Source of the DNA: a virus
Taxonomy: Duplodnaviria; Caudoviricetes
IMG/VR virus record: IMGVR_UViG_3300021420_000043
Location: 1-54,541 of that record
Length of the DNA: 54,541 bases
Reading direction: 5' to 3' (one strand)
This document shows, piece after piece, positions 9,075-17,866 of the stretch (the first letter of the stretch is position 1; every line of letters starts with the position of its first letter). A program made the position numbers and the translations under genes. The notes under the pieces are model-generated. The model saw nothing but the letters and a program-made list of their open reading frames with translations, ran no database searches and was not told the DNA's origin.

Positions 9075-10181
9075 TTAGGCGATGGCCAGGACGCTGATTT
9101 GACCGGCGCCAAGCGTGTTGGCGGCGAGCCGCGGCTGGACGGAAATCGACACGTAAGGTGCCGCATTGTTGGGGCTTGTGCCGACCTGAGACACGACGGA
9201 GCACGTCGCGTCGAGGCCAGACTGAGCGCTGGCCATCACAAAGCCGTTGGCGCCGATGTTGGTCGGAACGGAACGGGTCACCGGAGTGCCGGCGCTGCCC
9301 AGCGTGGCGGTCGCGATCGAAGCGGTCGTGCCGACAGAGTCGTTGGGTGTGACGGTAAAGGACGGCGCGACGGAATAGTTGCCGGAATGATCGATCACCG
9401 CGCTGCCAAGACCATAGGTCGAGGCGACGGTGACACCAGTGCCGGTGCCGACCACGTTGACGCCGGGCGTGCCGGCGAGCGGTGGAGCGGCAGCGTAACC
9501 GCCAGCCGTGGTCAACGAGAGCGTCTTGGCGCCCATGAGCAGAGTGACGGTGGCGCCAGTCAGCGACGCGTCGGTATTGGTGACGGCATCGCCCGCAAGC
9601 GTCGGCGTCACGGTATAGTCGCCGGCCAGCGTGATAGGGATGATCGCACCGGCAGTCAGTGTGCCGCCAGCGCCGATCGTCGCGGTGCCGGTCCATTTGG
9701 TGCCGGTGCCAGTCGTGCCGGTCAGGATGGTAGCGCCTGCCGTACCGGATGCGCCGACCGCGTTGACCACAGCGGACACAACCTGAATATGCGAGACCGT
9801 GACCTTGGCCGGAACGCCGGCCGTGCCGGTCGTGTTGCCAGCGGGACCGGCAACAGCGAGCGCACCGCCAGCAAGATTAAAGGTGTCGTTGATCGCGACG
9901 CCAGAACCGGGCGCAACAACGGTCGGCGTGCCGACTGCCTTGAGCGAGGTGGCGCGAACCACGGCGGGATCGGCCGGCGAGACACCTGCCGTGAGCGTGC
10001 CGCCAGTGGGCGCGATGGCCGGCAGAATGTCAAAGCCAATACCTGGCGTGATGGTGCCGAGCGTGACAACCGCGGCACCGGCCGCGGGCACGGCGACAGT
10101 GGTCATCAACATGCCAAGGCGATCGGAATTTTGCGGGGGCGAGCCGTCCGGCAGTTCGATGGTGTGAATAGGGAACGTCAT
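9075..10181 (-). CDS. Gly/Ala/Thr-rich structural protein (head decoration or fibre, putative)
   Basis: AAGGAG RBS before ATG 10181; beta-rich composition; location in the head module. Confidence 0.65.
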   Translation of the reverse strand: MTFPIHTIELPDGSPPQNSDRLGMLMTTVAVPAAGAAVVTLGTITPGIGFDILPAIAPTGGTLTAGVSPADPAVVRATSLKAVGTPTVVAPGSGVAINDTFNLAGGALAVAGPAGNTTGTAGVPAKVTVSHIQVVSAVVNAVGASGTAGATILTGTTGTGTKWTGTATIGAGGTLTAGAIIPITLAGDYTVTPTLAGDAVTNTDASLTGATVTLLMGAKTLSLTTAGGYAAAPPLAGTPGVNVVGTGTGVTVASTYGLGSAVIDHSGNYSVAPSFTVTPNDSVGTTASIATATLGSAGTPVTRSVPTNIGANGFVMASAQSGLDATCSVVSQVGTSPNNAAPYVSISVQPRLAANTLGAGQISVLAIA

Positions 10182-10255
10182 GTAAATAGCTCCTTGGTCA
10201 AAACACGGGGTTGCATCGCGGCTTGGCGGTTGTAAAGCAGCGATGCCAACGATGG

Positions 10256-10284
10256 TTGCGGGACGGCAGGGCAATGCATATATA
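10256..10284 (+). promoter_or_regulatory. sigma70-type antisense promoter
   Basis: TTGCGG-17 nt-TATATA upstream of an AAGGAGGT RBS. Confidence 0.5.
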
Positions 10285-10327
10285 CGGAGTGCCGGGTTTA
10301 GCCGGCCGAAAGGAGGTGGGTGCCCCG

Positions 10328-10549
10328 ATGAATGAGGCAAAAAGCACCGTCAAATATGGGTCTTTTGAGACATATCCGACCAGGTTCGATGCCAACGAGG
10401 CTTGGGTCCTGATCGATCATGTTTGGAAAAAGTTTCCGATCGCCGAAATAAACATGGGCGCCGCGGTGTTATCGGAGGCCGCTTACGTCCGCAATTTCGG
10501 GCATCACTTGCCGGCGCTGCCGAGCGCGGCTTTCCAGGCCGGCGAATAA
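10328..10549 (+). CDS. 73 aa protein convergent with the MuF toxin domain; candidate immunity protein
   Basis: Strong SD AAGGAGGT, own promoter, 46 nt 3' overlap with the MuF gene. Confidence 0.65.
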   Translation: MNEAKSTVKYGSFETYPTRFDANEAWVLIDHVWKKFPIAEINMGAAVLSEAAYVRNFGHHLPALPSAAFQAGE

Positions 10550-12627
10550 TTATCAGTCACGGCGCCGTATAGCGCGCGAGAAGCTTCATCAAGTTCGGCG
10601 CGACGTTCTGGCGGCGTGTCTGGATCACGCGACTGCACATAAAGAGCGTGGCCGCCACCGCCGCCCTTGCTGACATCAGACTTGGCGGTGGCCATGCCTT
10701 GGTCCATCATCTGAATCTCGCCAAGGACGCCGTTGTTAAAACGCACCGTCATGGCACGATCGAGATACCCAAGAGGTGTCTGTTTCCACGGTTCCAGCGT
10801 GACCTCGAATTGCTTGCCGAGTTCGGCAGCGATCTGTTCGGTTTGTTGCGGCTCATCAATCACGAAAGTCGCTCGCGCGATATCGGTCACGCGCTCCACG
10901 CCACCGCGAGATTGCGCCTTCTCAATGGTGCGATCGATGCCGGCCTGATCCTTAGTCTTGACGCCAGGGTCCTTGAACGTGACATCAAGATCAGAAGCAA
11001 TATCGCGGCCGGCGCGACCGAGCGCGCGTTGTGCGGCCGGTGCTTGCGCAACGGCATCATCGATCGTGTTGATCGGCGACGCGGCAAACCAGCCGGATTT
11101 GACCGCCGCTATGTCATCAAGATCATCGGCGGCTTTGATGCCAGGATCGTAACCCTTGATCGGCACGACCGCATCGGCGTCAGGCACATCTTGTGGCTCA
11201 GAGGAATCGCGCAGCGTATTGTCGGTGTCGCTGGTGTCGCGCAGCGTATTGTCGTCACTCGTATCGGTATCGCGGAGCGGATCGTCGGCCGGCAGATCGG
11301 AGTCGTTGTCCGCCGCGGCGTCGGCGTCGCCGGCAAAGTCATCATCGATCACGGAAACAACGTCGCACTCGCAATTCGGATGCAGCGGCGGGGCGTCATC
11401 GCCGGAACTGAAAGTATCCTCGATCGCGATCGGACCGTCGTTGCCGTTTTCCTCGCAGATCGGGCACGGGTTGTCACCCAACTCCCATTGCTTGCGCAGC
11501 GGCAAGCCGGCGTCACGCGCGGCGAACATGGCATCGACCGCGGCGCTATTGCTCGCCTGCGAGACCTCGGTGCGCGCGATCATGCGGGCGCGAGAATCGG
11601 AAAACCCGGTCGAGGCAGCCAAGTCGGCCGCGATGTCGTCAACGGTTGCGCCAGACGCCATGCCGTCCGCGATGGTGTCGCGGATCACATTGCGGGTGGT
11701 CTCGGTGACCTGGCCGACCAGGTCGGAAGATCGGGCACGCGCATAGGCCGCCGCGTCATTGTCCATGACGTTGTCGTAATCGGCGGCCGGCAAGTCGTGC
11801 TGTTCGATAGCGTAGCTTTGGGCCTCGTAATGGACCGTGAAAAGCTCGTTCTCGATATGAATTGTGGTGCGGCTTAGCCGGGTGAGATCGGAGCTATCGG
11901 CAACGCGATCGGCGGTACTGACCGCTACGCCTTGGTTTTGGCCCCAAGAATCACGAACCCTTGCCCAGATTTGGGCGCTTCCTGGAAATTCGGATTGGTC
12001 AATAATGCCTTGGTAAACTTTGAGACTGCGGTCTCTTTGTTCGCGGTCGGTGCCGGTATCGTCTTGCGAGCCGACAAATTCGGCGCGGCCTCGCTGTCCG
12101 GTGACTTTTGAGCCATATCGCGCCGCACCTTTTTCAACTGCCTCATGCGCAGAGCCATCGAGGTCCGCTACATACACCATCGCGCCATCGGCGCCAGGTA
12201 CTAATGTATGAAATGCCAGGCCGTCTTGCAACAGGTCGGCGTGGATTTTATCGAGATCGCCCTTGGCGGCGAAATGATAAAGTAGATGCTCTCCCTGATC
12301 CTGTTGCTGGAATATCAGCACCGATTTCTGATCGGCGAGATAGCCCTTCATGGCGGCGGAAAGCTTCAAGGCTTCCCAGTCGGCGCCCTCGACCGTAGTC
12401 ATGAGCGAATTTTCGGCGCCATCGGCCCAGGCGCCCACGACATCGGACTGCGCCGAGTCGAGCTTCAAAGCATGATCGATGTCGGCCGACGCCTTGCGCA
12501 ACGCGATCTGTTGCGAGCCGGCGAGCGCGTCAACTGCGCCAGAGAAATCCAGATCGGACTTGACGTTCGGTGAAACGAATTCGATGCCGACATTGCCGCG
12601 GCGGTATCGGATAGTTTCGGATACCAC
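10504..12627 (-). CDS. MuF / SPP1 gp7-like minor head protein with C-terminal RelA/SpoT-like domain (3' part of a split gene)
   Basis: RARMIARTE...KQW...CPICEEN...PPLHPNCEC (MuF); TDIARAT, LGYLD, GEIQM, GHALY (Rel/Spo nucleotidyltransferase-like). Confidence 0.8.
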   Translation of the reverse strand: MVSETIRYRRGNVGIEFVSPNVKSDLDFSGAVDALAGSQQIALRKASADIDHALKLDSAQSDVVGAWADGAENSLMTTVEGADWEALKLSAAMKGYLADQKSVLIFQQQDQGEHLLYHFAAKGDLDKIHADLLQDGLAFHTLVPGADGAMVYVADLDGSAHEAVEKGAARYGSKVTGQRGRAEFVGSQDDTGTDREQRDRSLKVYQGIIDQSEFPGSAQIWARVRDSWGQNQGVAVSTADRVADSSDLTRLSRTTIHIENELFTVHYEAQSYAIEQHDLPAADYDNVMDNDAAAYARARSSDLVGQVTETTRNVIRDTIADGMASGATVDDIAADLAASTGFSDSRARMIARTEVSQASNSAAVDAMFAARDAGLPLRKQWELGDNPCPICEENGNDGPIAIEDTFSSGDDAPPLHPNCECDVVSVIDDDFAGDADAAADNDSDLPADDPLRDTDTSDDNTLRDTSDTDNTLRDSSEPQDVPDADAVVPIKGYDPGIKAADDLDDIAAVKSGWFAASPINTIDDAVAQAPAAQRALGRAGRDIASDLDVTFKDPGVKTKDQAGIDRTIEKAQSRGGVERVTDIARATFVIDEPQQTEQIAAELGKQFEVTLEPWKQTPLGYLDRAMTVRFNNGVLGEIQMMDQGMATAKSDVSKGGGGGHALYVQSRDPDTPPERRAELDEASRALYGAVTDNYSPAWKAALGSAGK
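11207..11254. repeat. 18 bp direct repeat, 30 bp period, in the acidic linker
   Basis: TCGCGCAGCGTATTGTCG at 11207 and 11237 (DNTLRD twice). Confidence 0.9.
11925..12116 (-). CDS. Candidate nested out-of-frame small gene
   Basis: MAQKSPD...FTKALLTNPNFQEAPKSGQGFVILGAKTKA; AAGGTG upstream. Confidence 0.35.
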   Translation of the reverse strand: MAQKSPDSEAAPNLSARKTIPAPTANKETAVSKFTKALLTNPNFQEAPKSGQGFVILGAKTKA

Positions 12628-13970
12628 TGGCCGTCGATGGCTTGGGTGTATTCGTTCTTTTCTTTCGGGAATACCTTGGCGGCGGCCGTAGCGACTTTCA
12701 TCGCCTGGTCGAACTCGGTCTTATAGGTATCGATCCATCGTTGCTGGCGCGGCGACGGATGAAACTCGTAATGGATCACACCGGCAGCATCGAGGCCAAC
12801 GTTGGCCGCGTGCTGCATAATGAACTGCGGAACGTCGATGGCTTCGCGCCCAGCGTTGCGTGCAACAAGATCGTTTTTGACCTTTTGCAGCACGCCGTCA
12901 TGCGGACCGGTTACCTTATGACTACCGATCAGATTGCGATGCAGCGAGTCATAATAGGCATCGACCTCAAGATCAAAACCCTTCCAATCGACGTGCGTGG
13001 TGCCGGTGCGGCCAGGAATGGAAGCACTCGACCAGCCGCCTTCGCCGTCATCTTCGCGGATCGAAGCAATCTGCGGCTTGGAATTGAGAAAGCCAAGATC
13101 ACCGGTCGAAAGCGGGTACGGCAGCGGATGGTTATGATAAGCATCGAACATCTCGCCGGGAGCGCCGGTCAGCGCGTCACGAAACGATTGCGGGAAATCC
13201 GCCGAATGTTCGTCACCAGCAACGAGGCCGACCGTGGTGATGTTGTCTTTGGTCGGACCGACGATCGCCAGGTATTCCTGTTGATTGCCGCCTAGTTTGA
13301 CAACGCCCTCGCGGGCTTGCCGAATAATGTCGGCACGCGTACCGGATTGATTCCAAACATCGCCGACGCCTTTGCGAACGTCCAGCTTATGAGACTTGCC
13401 GGGCGGCTCATCGACGGCGAGTTCATTGACGAAAATATTGGCGTTATCGCGCAACGGCGCCGGCCGCGGCTTTTCGGACGGATCGAAAAACTCGCGGGCG
13501 CGAACCTGATAGCCCAGCGGATGCGGCGCGGAAACCTTGTGACGCGCCGGCCAGGTCTCGACCTGATGATGAACCGGTCGCAGTAATCGTCCTTGCAGGA
13601 CGATTTCGGCACGCTTGATATAACCATCGATCGCCGCGATCGTGCCGTCGTCGGTAGCGCGGTTGCGCGCCCGCCGCATCTCAATAAGAAACGCCGTCCA
13701 TTCCGCATCTGGCGAAATGTTCTCGTCAGGAGGATCGACCAGGATGTTTATCTGTCCTGGGATGCAATCCACGGCGCCAACCGCGTCGGCGTAATCCTTG
13801 CGAAACCGCGCCACGGTTGTTTGTGTTAGATCAGCAAAGGCATCGCGCAGAATTTTATCGATCGCCGCCTGCGCCGCCTTCGGCACATGCCGGTCGCGAT
13901 GCACCGGCCTGACGATGCGGCGCTTGGCCTTGGAAAACTGGAATTTGCCGTTAAGAGGTTCGCCGTCCAT
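12465..13970 (-). CDS. N-terminal part of the MuF protein with a JAB/MPN-like domain
   Basis: Follows the portal; GAGG RBS; E...HNHP-LPYPL-S-TG-D JAMM-like motif; overlaps the next ORF out of frame. Confidence 0.7.
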   Translation of the reverse strand: MDGEPLNGKFQFSKAKRRIVRPVHRDRHVPKAAQAAIDKILRDAFADLTQTTVARFRKDYADAVGAVDCIPGQINILVDPPDENISPDAEWTAFLIEMRRARNRATDDGTIAAIDGYIKRAEIVLQGRLLRPVHHQVETWPARHKVSAPHPLGYQVRAREFFDPSEKPRPAPLRDNANIFVNELAVDEPPGKSHKLDVRKGVGDVWNQSGTRADIIRQAREGVVKLGGNQQEYLAIVGPTKDNITTVGLVAGDEHSADFPQSFRDALTGAPGEMFDAYHNHPLPYPLSTGDLGFLNSKPQIASIREDDGEGGWSSASIPGRTGTTHVDWKGFDLEVDAYYDSLHRNLIGSHKVTGPHDGVLQKVKNDLVARNAGREAIDVPQFIMQHAANVGLDAAGVIHYEFHPSPRQQRWIDTYKTEFDQAMKVATAAAKVFPKEKNEYTQAIDGQWYPKLSDTAAAMSASNSFHRTSSPIWISLAQLTRSPARNRSRCARRRPTSIML

Positions 13971-13989
13971 AGGCCGCCTCTCAACGTTT

Positions 13990-15345
13990 TTATCCGCCGT
14001 CAGCGGGTTCGTCGGCGGCGTCGGTTGGATTCGCGTTCGGCAAATCCTTGTCGGTGATTTCCTTGGCGCCGCGCGCCGCCTGCAATGCGATCTCGACATC
14101 GGCAGATGTCAGGTCGCCCCATTCCGAATCTATCGGTTCCTCGCCGAAGCGGTCGCGAATTTCGTTGGGCGTGATCGAGTTGTTCTTGTAGCGCGAGGTC
14201 ATGATCTCGGCGGTGGCTTGCTCATCCTCGCGATCAAGCCCGACAAACTTGAATTGCAGTTGCGAAAATCCAAGCTTGTTGTGAATGCAATGGCGCGTCA
14301 GCGTCTTGGCGATGACATGGGCGGTGGGCGTGATGGCCTGGTCCCAGTCGCGATCTTCGGCGGTCTCACTGGTGTTGCGGTTGACATCGCGCTCGATGCC
14401 GAGATTTTGCGGCGACAGATCGAAGGCGGCGCACAATTCGCGCTGCAATAATTCCTGGTATTTCAGGAACAGGCCGTCGTCGCCTTCCGGATAGAATTTC
14501 AGGACCTCGACGCGGTCGGTTTTGCCGTCAGGGGCGCGCGGCGAAGCAAACAATGGCACCAGGCCCTGACCCTCGATATCGTTGCGCCACCAGGATTTCA
14601 TGGCCTGCAGGTCATCGGTCGAGATCGGACCAAAGTCGATGCCGAACGATGGTTTGGCGTTGCCGGCGACGTTGCCGGCGAACTCTGCCGTGGACAACAG
14701 ACGCGCGATCGAACTGAATGCGATTTCCAGCGGTCCGTAACCGAACGGGGTTGCCGTAGTCGGATTGGGCCGCAGATACATTAGCTCATCGTCGCGCAAC
14801 CACTTGATATCGCCACCGCCGAACTCGGAACCGTAACCGACAGTTTGCGCGTAGCGCGGCGTGGTCGGCGTGCCGTCCCATTTCGGGTAAATCTGAATCG
14901 ACAAGCCATCGACCGGCCACATCCACAACGGCCGCAACGCGTCGCCGCCGATCTGGGTTTCGACCGCGCCGGCACCGGTCAAGTAATCCTCGATCACCGC
15001 CTCAATGAAGGACTGGAAATCGTCGGCCTCGTTCGGCGTGTTGAAGCAAGTCTCGCAAACATCGATCTGGCGCTGCAGTTCGGAATTGATGTCCTGGTCG
15101 GCGTCAAGCGGCGCGATTTCCCATTCAAGCAGCTTGATCGGGTTTTTGATCGCGTTCATGGCGCGCCGCACGAATGGCGTGCGCGAGAAATAGCGCAGGT
15201 TGCGCGGCGTTGCCTTGTAGACCAGGTTGTTGAGCTGGTTGGTGCGCCCCAATTGAACGAGATTTGGGTATCGCACCGTATCGCGGTCAGGCTCTTTGCC
15301 GCGCCGGCCCAAACGGCGCTTGATCACGTCGAGAATACCCGCCAT
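13990..15345 (-). CDS. Portal protein (HK97-like family)
   Basis: MYLRPNP...PFGYGPLE; LCAAFDLSPQNLG; ITPNEIRDRFGEEPI. Confidence 0.92.
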   Translation of the reverse strand: MAGILDVIKRRLGRRGKEPDRDTVRYPNLVQLGRTNQLNNLVYKATPRNLRYFSRTPFVRRAMNAIKNPIKLLEWEIAPLDADQDINSELQRQIDVCETCFNTPNEADDFQSFIEAVIEDYLTGAGAVETQIGGDALRPLWMWPVDGLSIQIYPKWDGTPTTPRYAQTVGYGSEFGGGDIKWLRDDELMYLRPNPTTATPFGYGPLEIAFSSIARLLSTAEFAGNVAGNAKPSFGIDFGPISTDDLQAMKSWWRNDIEGQGLVPLFASPRAPDGKTDRVEVLKFYPEGDDGLFLKYQELLQRELCAAFDLSPQNLGIERDVNRNTSETAEDRDWDQAITPTAHVIAKTLTRHCIHNKLGFSQLQFKFVGLDREDEQATAEIMTSRYKNNSITPNEIRDRFGEEPIDSEWGDLTSADVEIALQAARGAKEITDKDLPNANPTDAADEPADGG

Positions 15346-15373
15346 GGTCAAGTGCCTTTGATTTTCAATACGG

Positions 15374-15592
15374 TCAAGACAGTGCCGTGATCTGCGCCTC
15401 GATCGCAGCGCGGCCAGGATCGCTCAGCGCTGCCGCATTGGCCACGACCTGCAAGTCGCGCACCGCTTCGCCGATCTTGAGAGCGGCGGAATGCACCAGC
15501 GAGCGCAGGTCTTGCGCGTTAGCAACACCCCGTTGCAGATGGTCGGCACTCAAATTGATATTGATATGATGCAGTTCGGTACGCACTCCCAT
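15374..15592 (-). CDS. Small helical protein, paralogue of 16661-16882
   Basis: GAGGA RBS; similar MG(V/L)RT N-terminus. Confidence 0.65.
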   Translation of the reverse strand: MGVRTELHHININLSADHLQRGVANAQDLRSLVHSAALKIGEAVRDLQVVANAAALSDPGRAAIEAQITALS

Positions 15593-15649
15593 GGCCAGGT
15601 CCTCTTTGATCTTGGCCAGGATGACATGCGGATGTTGTTGACTGTTGAG

Positions 15650-16363
15650 TCAGCCAGGCACCGCAACGTCGGCGAGCGTCGGCACGTCGATCAGCCGCAC
15701 GCGGTCAAATTCACTCCACACCGATTCGAGCCAGGTCCGCGTCAAGCCGCGCAACACGCGCGACTGGGTCTGGTCTTGCGCAAAGCCGAGAAACGAGCCA
15801 CCGGACTTTTGAATGGTTTCACAAGCCATCTCGGTCAGTTGCGGCACATTGACGGTAACATCGGCCATGCGGGCAAAGACTTGCTGCGCCTCGCCATTAT
15901 CCCAATCGAAAAACTGCGACGCGTTGATATGATTCTTGACCAGCAAATGCCGCGCACCGCCGCCGATCTGTTGCGCCGCCGCCGTGATCTCGGCAACGCT
16001 GGCCATGGTTGGCCCGAGAACATGCACCAGCACCAGCTTAACGGTGCCGGCGCGCACTTCGTCAAGCATCTTGGCGTGGTCGAGCGCAGTGATGGTTGGC
16101 GACAGCGTTCCGGCGCGCAGATCGACCACGGTTAATGTCGTGTCGTTGATGGTGTCAAACACCGCCATCTGACCCGACACATCGCCGATGTCGATGATTT
16201 TGGCGTCTTTTGCAAACCGCACCAGATCGCCGGCCGGGCATTCGGTATCAAACGCGCGAGCCGCAATGTTGCGCGCCGTGAGATATTCCAGCACAGCCCG
16301 GCACACCATGGTCTTGCCGGTGCCGCCTTTGTCAGCGCCAACCAAAATAATCGTACCGGCCAT
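15650..16363 (-). CDS. ParA/MinD-like P-loop NTPase
   Basis: Deviant Walker A DKGGTGKT; Walker B VVDL. Confidence 0.8.
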   Translation of the reverse strand: MAGTIILVGADKGGTGKTMVCRAVLEYLTARNIAARAFDTECPAGDLVRFAKDAKIIDIGDVSGQMAVFDTINDTTLTVVDLRAGTLSPTITALDHAKMLDEVRAGTVKLVLVHVLGPTMASVAEITAAAQQIGGGARHLLVKNHINASQFFDWDNGEAQQVFARMADVTVNVPQLTEMACETIQKSGGSFLGFAQDQTQSRVLRGLTRTWLESVWSEFDRVRLIDVPTLADVAVPG

Positions 16364-16369
16364 GATGTA

Positions 16370-16657
16370 TCATCCGTTCTGATAAATGGTCGGGGCGTGG
16401 CGATGGCGCGTTGGGGGCCTGGCCGCGGGACGCGGACGCGGTAACGGTGGATGCGCGATCACGGGACGCAATGTCGGCGCAACCAGCGGTGCGACCGCGA
16501 CGGGTACGGCTGGCGCTGGCACCACGACCACGATGGGCGCGGGCGCCGCGGCGCTGGGCGACGGTATCGCCACACCGGAATTATGATGCAGCCATACCGC
16601 CATCATCACCGCTGCACCAATGGCACAGCCGATCAGAACGTCGCGCACCGTATCCAT
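16370..16657 (-). CDS. Membrane-anchored Pro-rich protein
   Basis: N-terminal hydrophobic helix, Pro/Ala-rich tail. Confidence 0.55.
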   Translation of the reverse strand: MDTVRDVLIGCAIGAAVMMAVWLHHNSGVAIPSPSAAAPAPIVVVVPAPAVPVAVAPLVAPTLRPVIAHPPLPRPRPAARPPTRHRHAPTIYQNG

Positions 16658-16660
16658 CGG

Positions 16661-16882
16661 TTACAGCGTGGTTCCGGTGGCCAGCGTCAGCGCCGTGGCA
16701 AACGTGGTGTCGCCGGCAGGCGTGGCGAGACGTGTGTTGATGTCGGCGAGAATGTAGGCCGCTTCGGTCAATCGCAGATTGACCACCTGCAACAGGCCGG
16801 CGAGATCGTCACCGGCCGCTTCGGCGGCAGCTTTGGTGCCGGCAGTCGGGGCAAGCGCGGTAAGCGTGGTACGGAGTCCCAT
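16661..16882 (-). CDS. Small helical protein
   Basis: AAGGA RBS; 73 aa. Confidence 0.65.
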   Translation of the reverse strand: MGLRTTLTALAPTAGTKAAAEAAGDDLAGLLQVVNLRLTEAAYILADINTRLATPAGDTTFATALTLATGTTL

Positions 16883-16915
16883 GGCAAAATTCCTTTTGTT
16901 AAAATGAGTAGTGGA

Positions 16916-17152
16916 TCAAAACCCGACTTGCGCCAGCAATTGCTGACACGGCGAGGCGATTTGGCTGCGGTGCTTGGCGAGACACGAGCCGATCTCGATC
17001 ACGCCGCCCTTGAACGCCGACAGGCAATAATGCCTGGCGTCGCGCTGACACGCGGCAAAGGCTTGCGCCTTGTCGGCCGCGGTGATGCCTTCGGCACTCA
17101 CGCCTTGAGACAACAGAACGAGCGCCAGCAACGCGGCAATAATGATCCGCAT
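16916..17152 (-). CDS. Secreted cysteine-rich repeat protein
   Basis: Signal peptide; ACQRDARHYC...CLAKHRSQIASPC pattern. Confidence 0.75.
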   Translation of the reverse strand: MRIIIAALLALVLLSQGVSAEGITAADKAQAFAACQRDARHYCLSAFKGGVIEIGSCLAKHRSQIASPCQQLLAQVGF

Positions 17153-17155
17153 CGT

Positions 17156-17323
17156 TCAACCCGGCGCCAGCTTTTCGCCGGCATGCTTGCCGCCCTGGTT
17201 GGTCTCTGCCAACTGAACAGAGGTAGCGCCAGTGCCGGGCGACATCGAGACCTGGCCCTGTTTGGCGACCTGGTCGGTGCGACGGGTCTTGTCGCCGCTT
17301 ACGTCTTTGGCCCAGTCTGACAT
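17156..17323 (-). CDS. Hypothetical protein
   Basis: AAGGA RBS before ATG 17323. Confidence 0.5.
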   Translation of the reverse strand: MSDWAKDVSGDKTRRTDQVAKQGQVSMSPGTGATSVQLAETNQGGKHAGEKLAPG

Positions 17324-17649
17324 GACAGTGTTCCTTGTGTTGATTGTCCGGCGAAAATCTCGTCCGCGGTATAGCCCTTGGCCAATACCGTCTTTGAGAT
17401 CACGGCGGCCTTGAGAATGATTTGCACGGCGGTGAGACGGCCATCGAGAATGACGCCGGAGACCAGCGCGTAGCAAACATCATCCTCGTAAGCGATCCAA
17501 CCGACCGAATAGATCGACAGCGTGTTCTGTGTCGTGACGTAGTCGGCGAGATCGTCAATATCGATCCACTCACCGGTCCCGCAATGATCCTGCCATTCGA
17601 TGACGACAAGTTCGAGCCGCGGCACCTTGGGTGGATCGGCTACGGTCAT
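17299..17649 (-). CDS. Conserved-type phage protein
   Basis: LVVIEWQDH...W...SVGWIAYEDD motif. Confidence 0.65.
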   Translation of the reverse strand: MTVADPPKVPRLELVVIEWQDHCGTGEWIDIDDLADYVTTQNTLSIYSVGWIAYEDDVCYALVSGVILDGRLTAVQIILKAAVISKTVLAKGYTADEIFAGQSTQGTLSCQTGPKT

Positions 17650-17819
17650 GCGCCGGTCTTTATGACACCGCCGCCGCAATCCACCTGATCGATGCCGGAC
17701 GGAATTTCGATGCGATCTTCGAGGCTCGGACAGTAGATCGCATCATCATAAAGGATGCCATGATTGGCGCGTAGGCGCCGGCCGCGGTGCAGCGTGGTGA
17801 CGGTGCGAATGCGGCGCAT
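17646..17819 (-). CDS. Hypothetical protein
   Basis: GGGAG RBS; ATGA coupling. Confidence 0.55.
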   Translation of the reverse strand: MRRIRTVTTLHRGRRLRANHGILYDDAIYCPSLEDRIEIPSGIDQVDCGGGVIKTGA

Positions 17820-17866
17820 GGTGGCTCCCTGTGTCGTGGCAAGAACCGAAACGCAATGCGAGTGAT

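Noticed and set aside
12640-12680. Programmed slippery site in the A-rich CCG AAA GAA AAG stretch
   Set aside because: Not an X XXY YYZ heptamer, and no clear stimulatory structure
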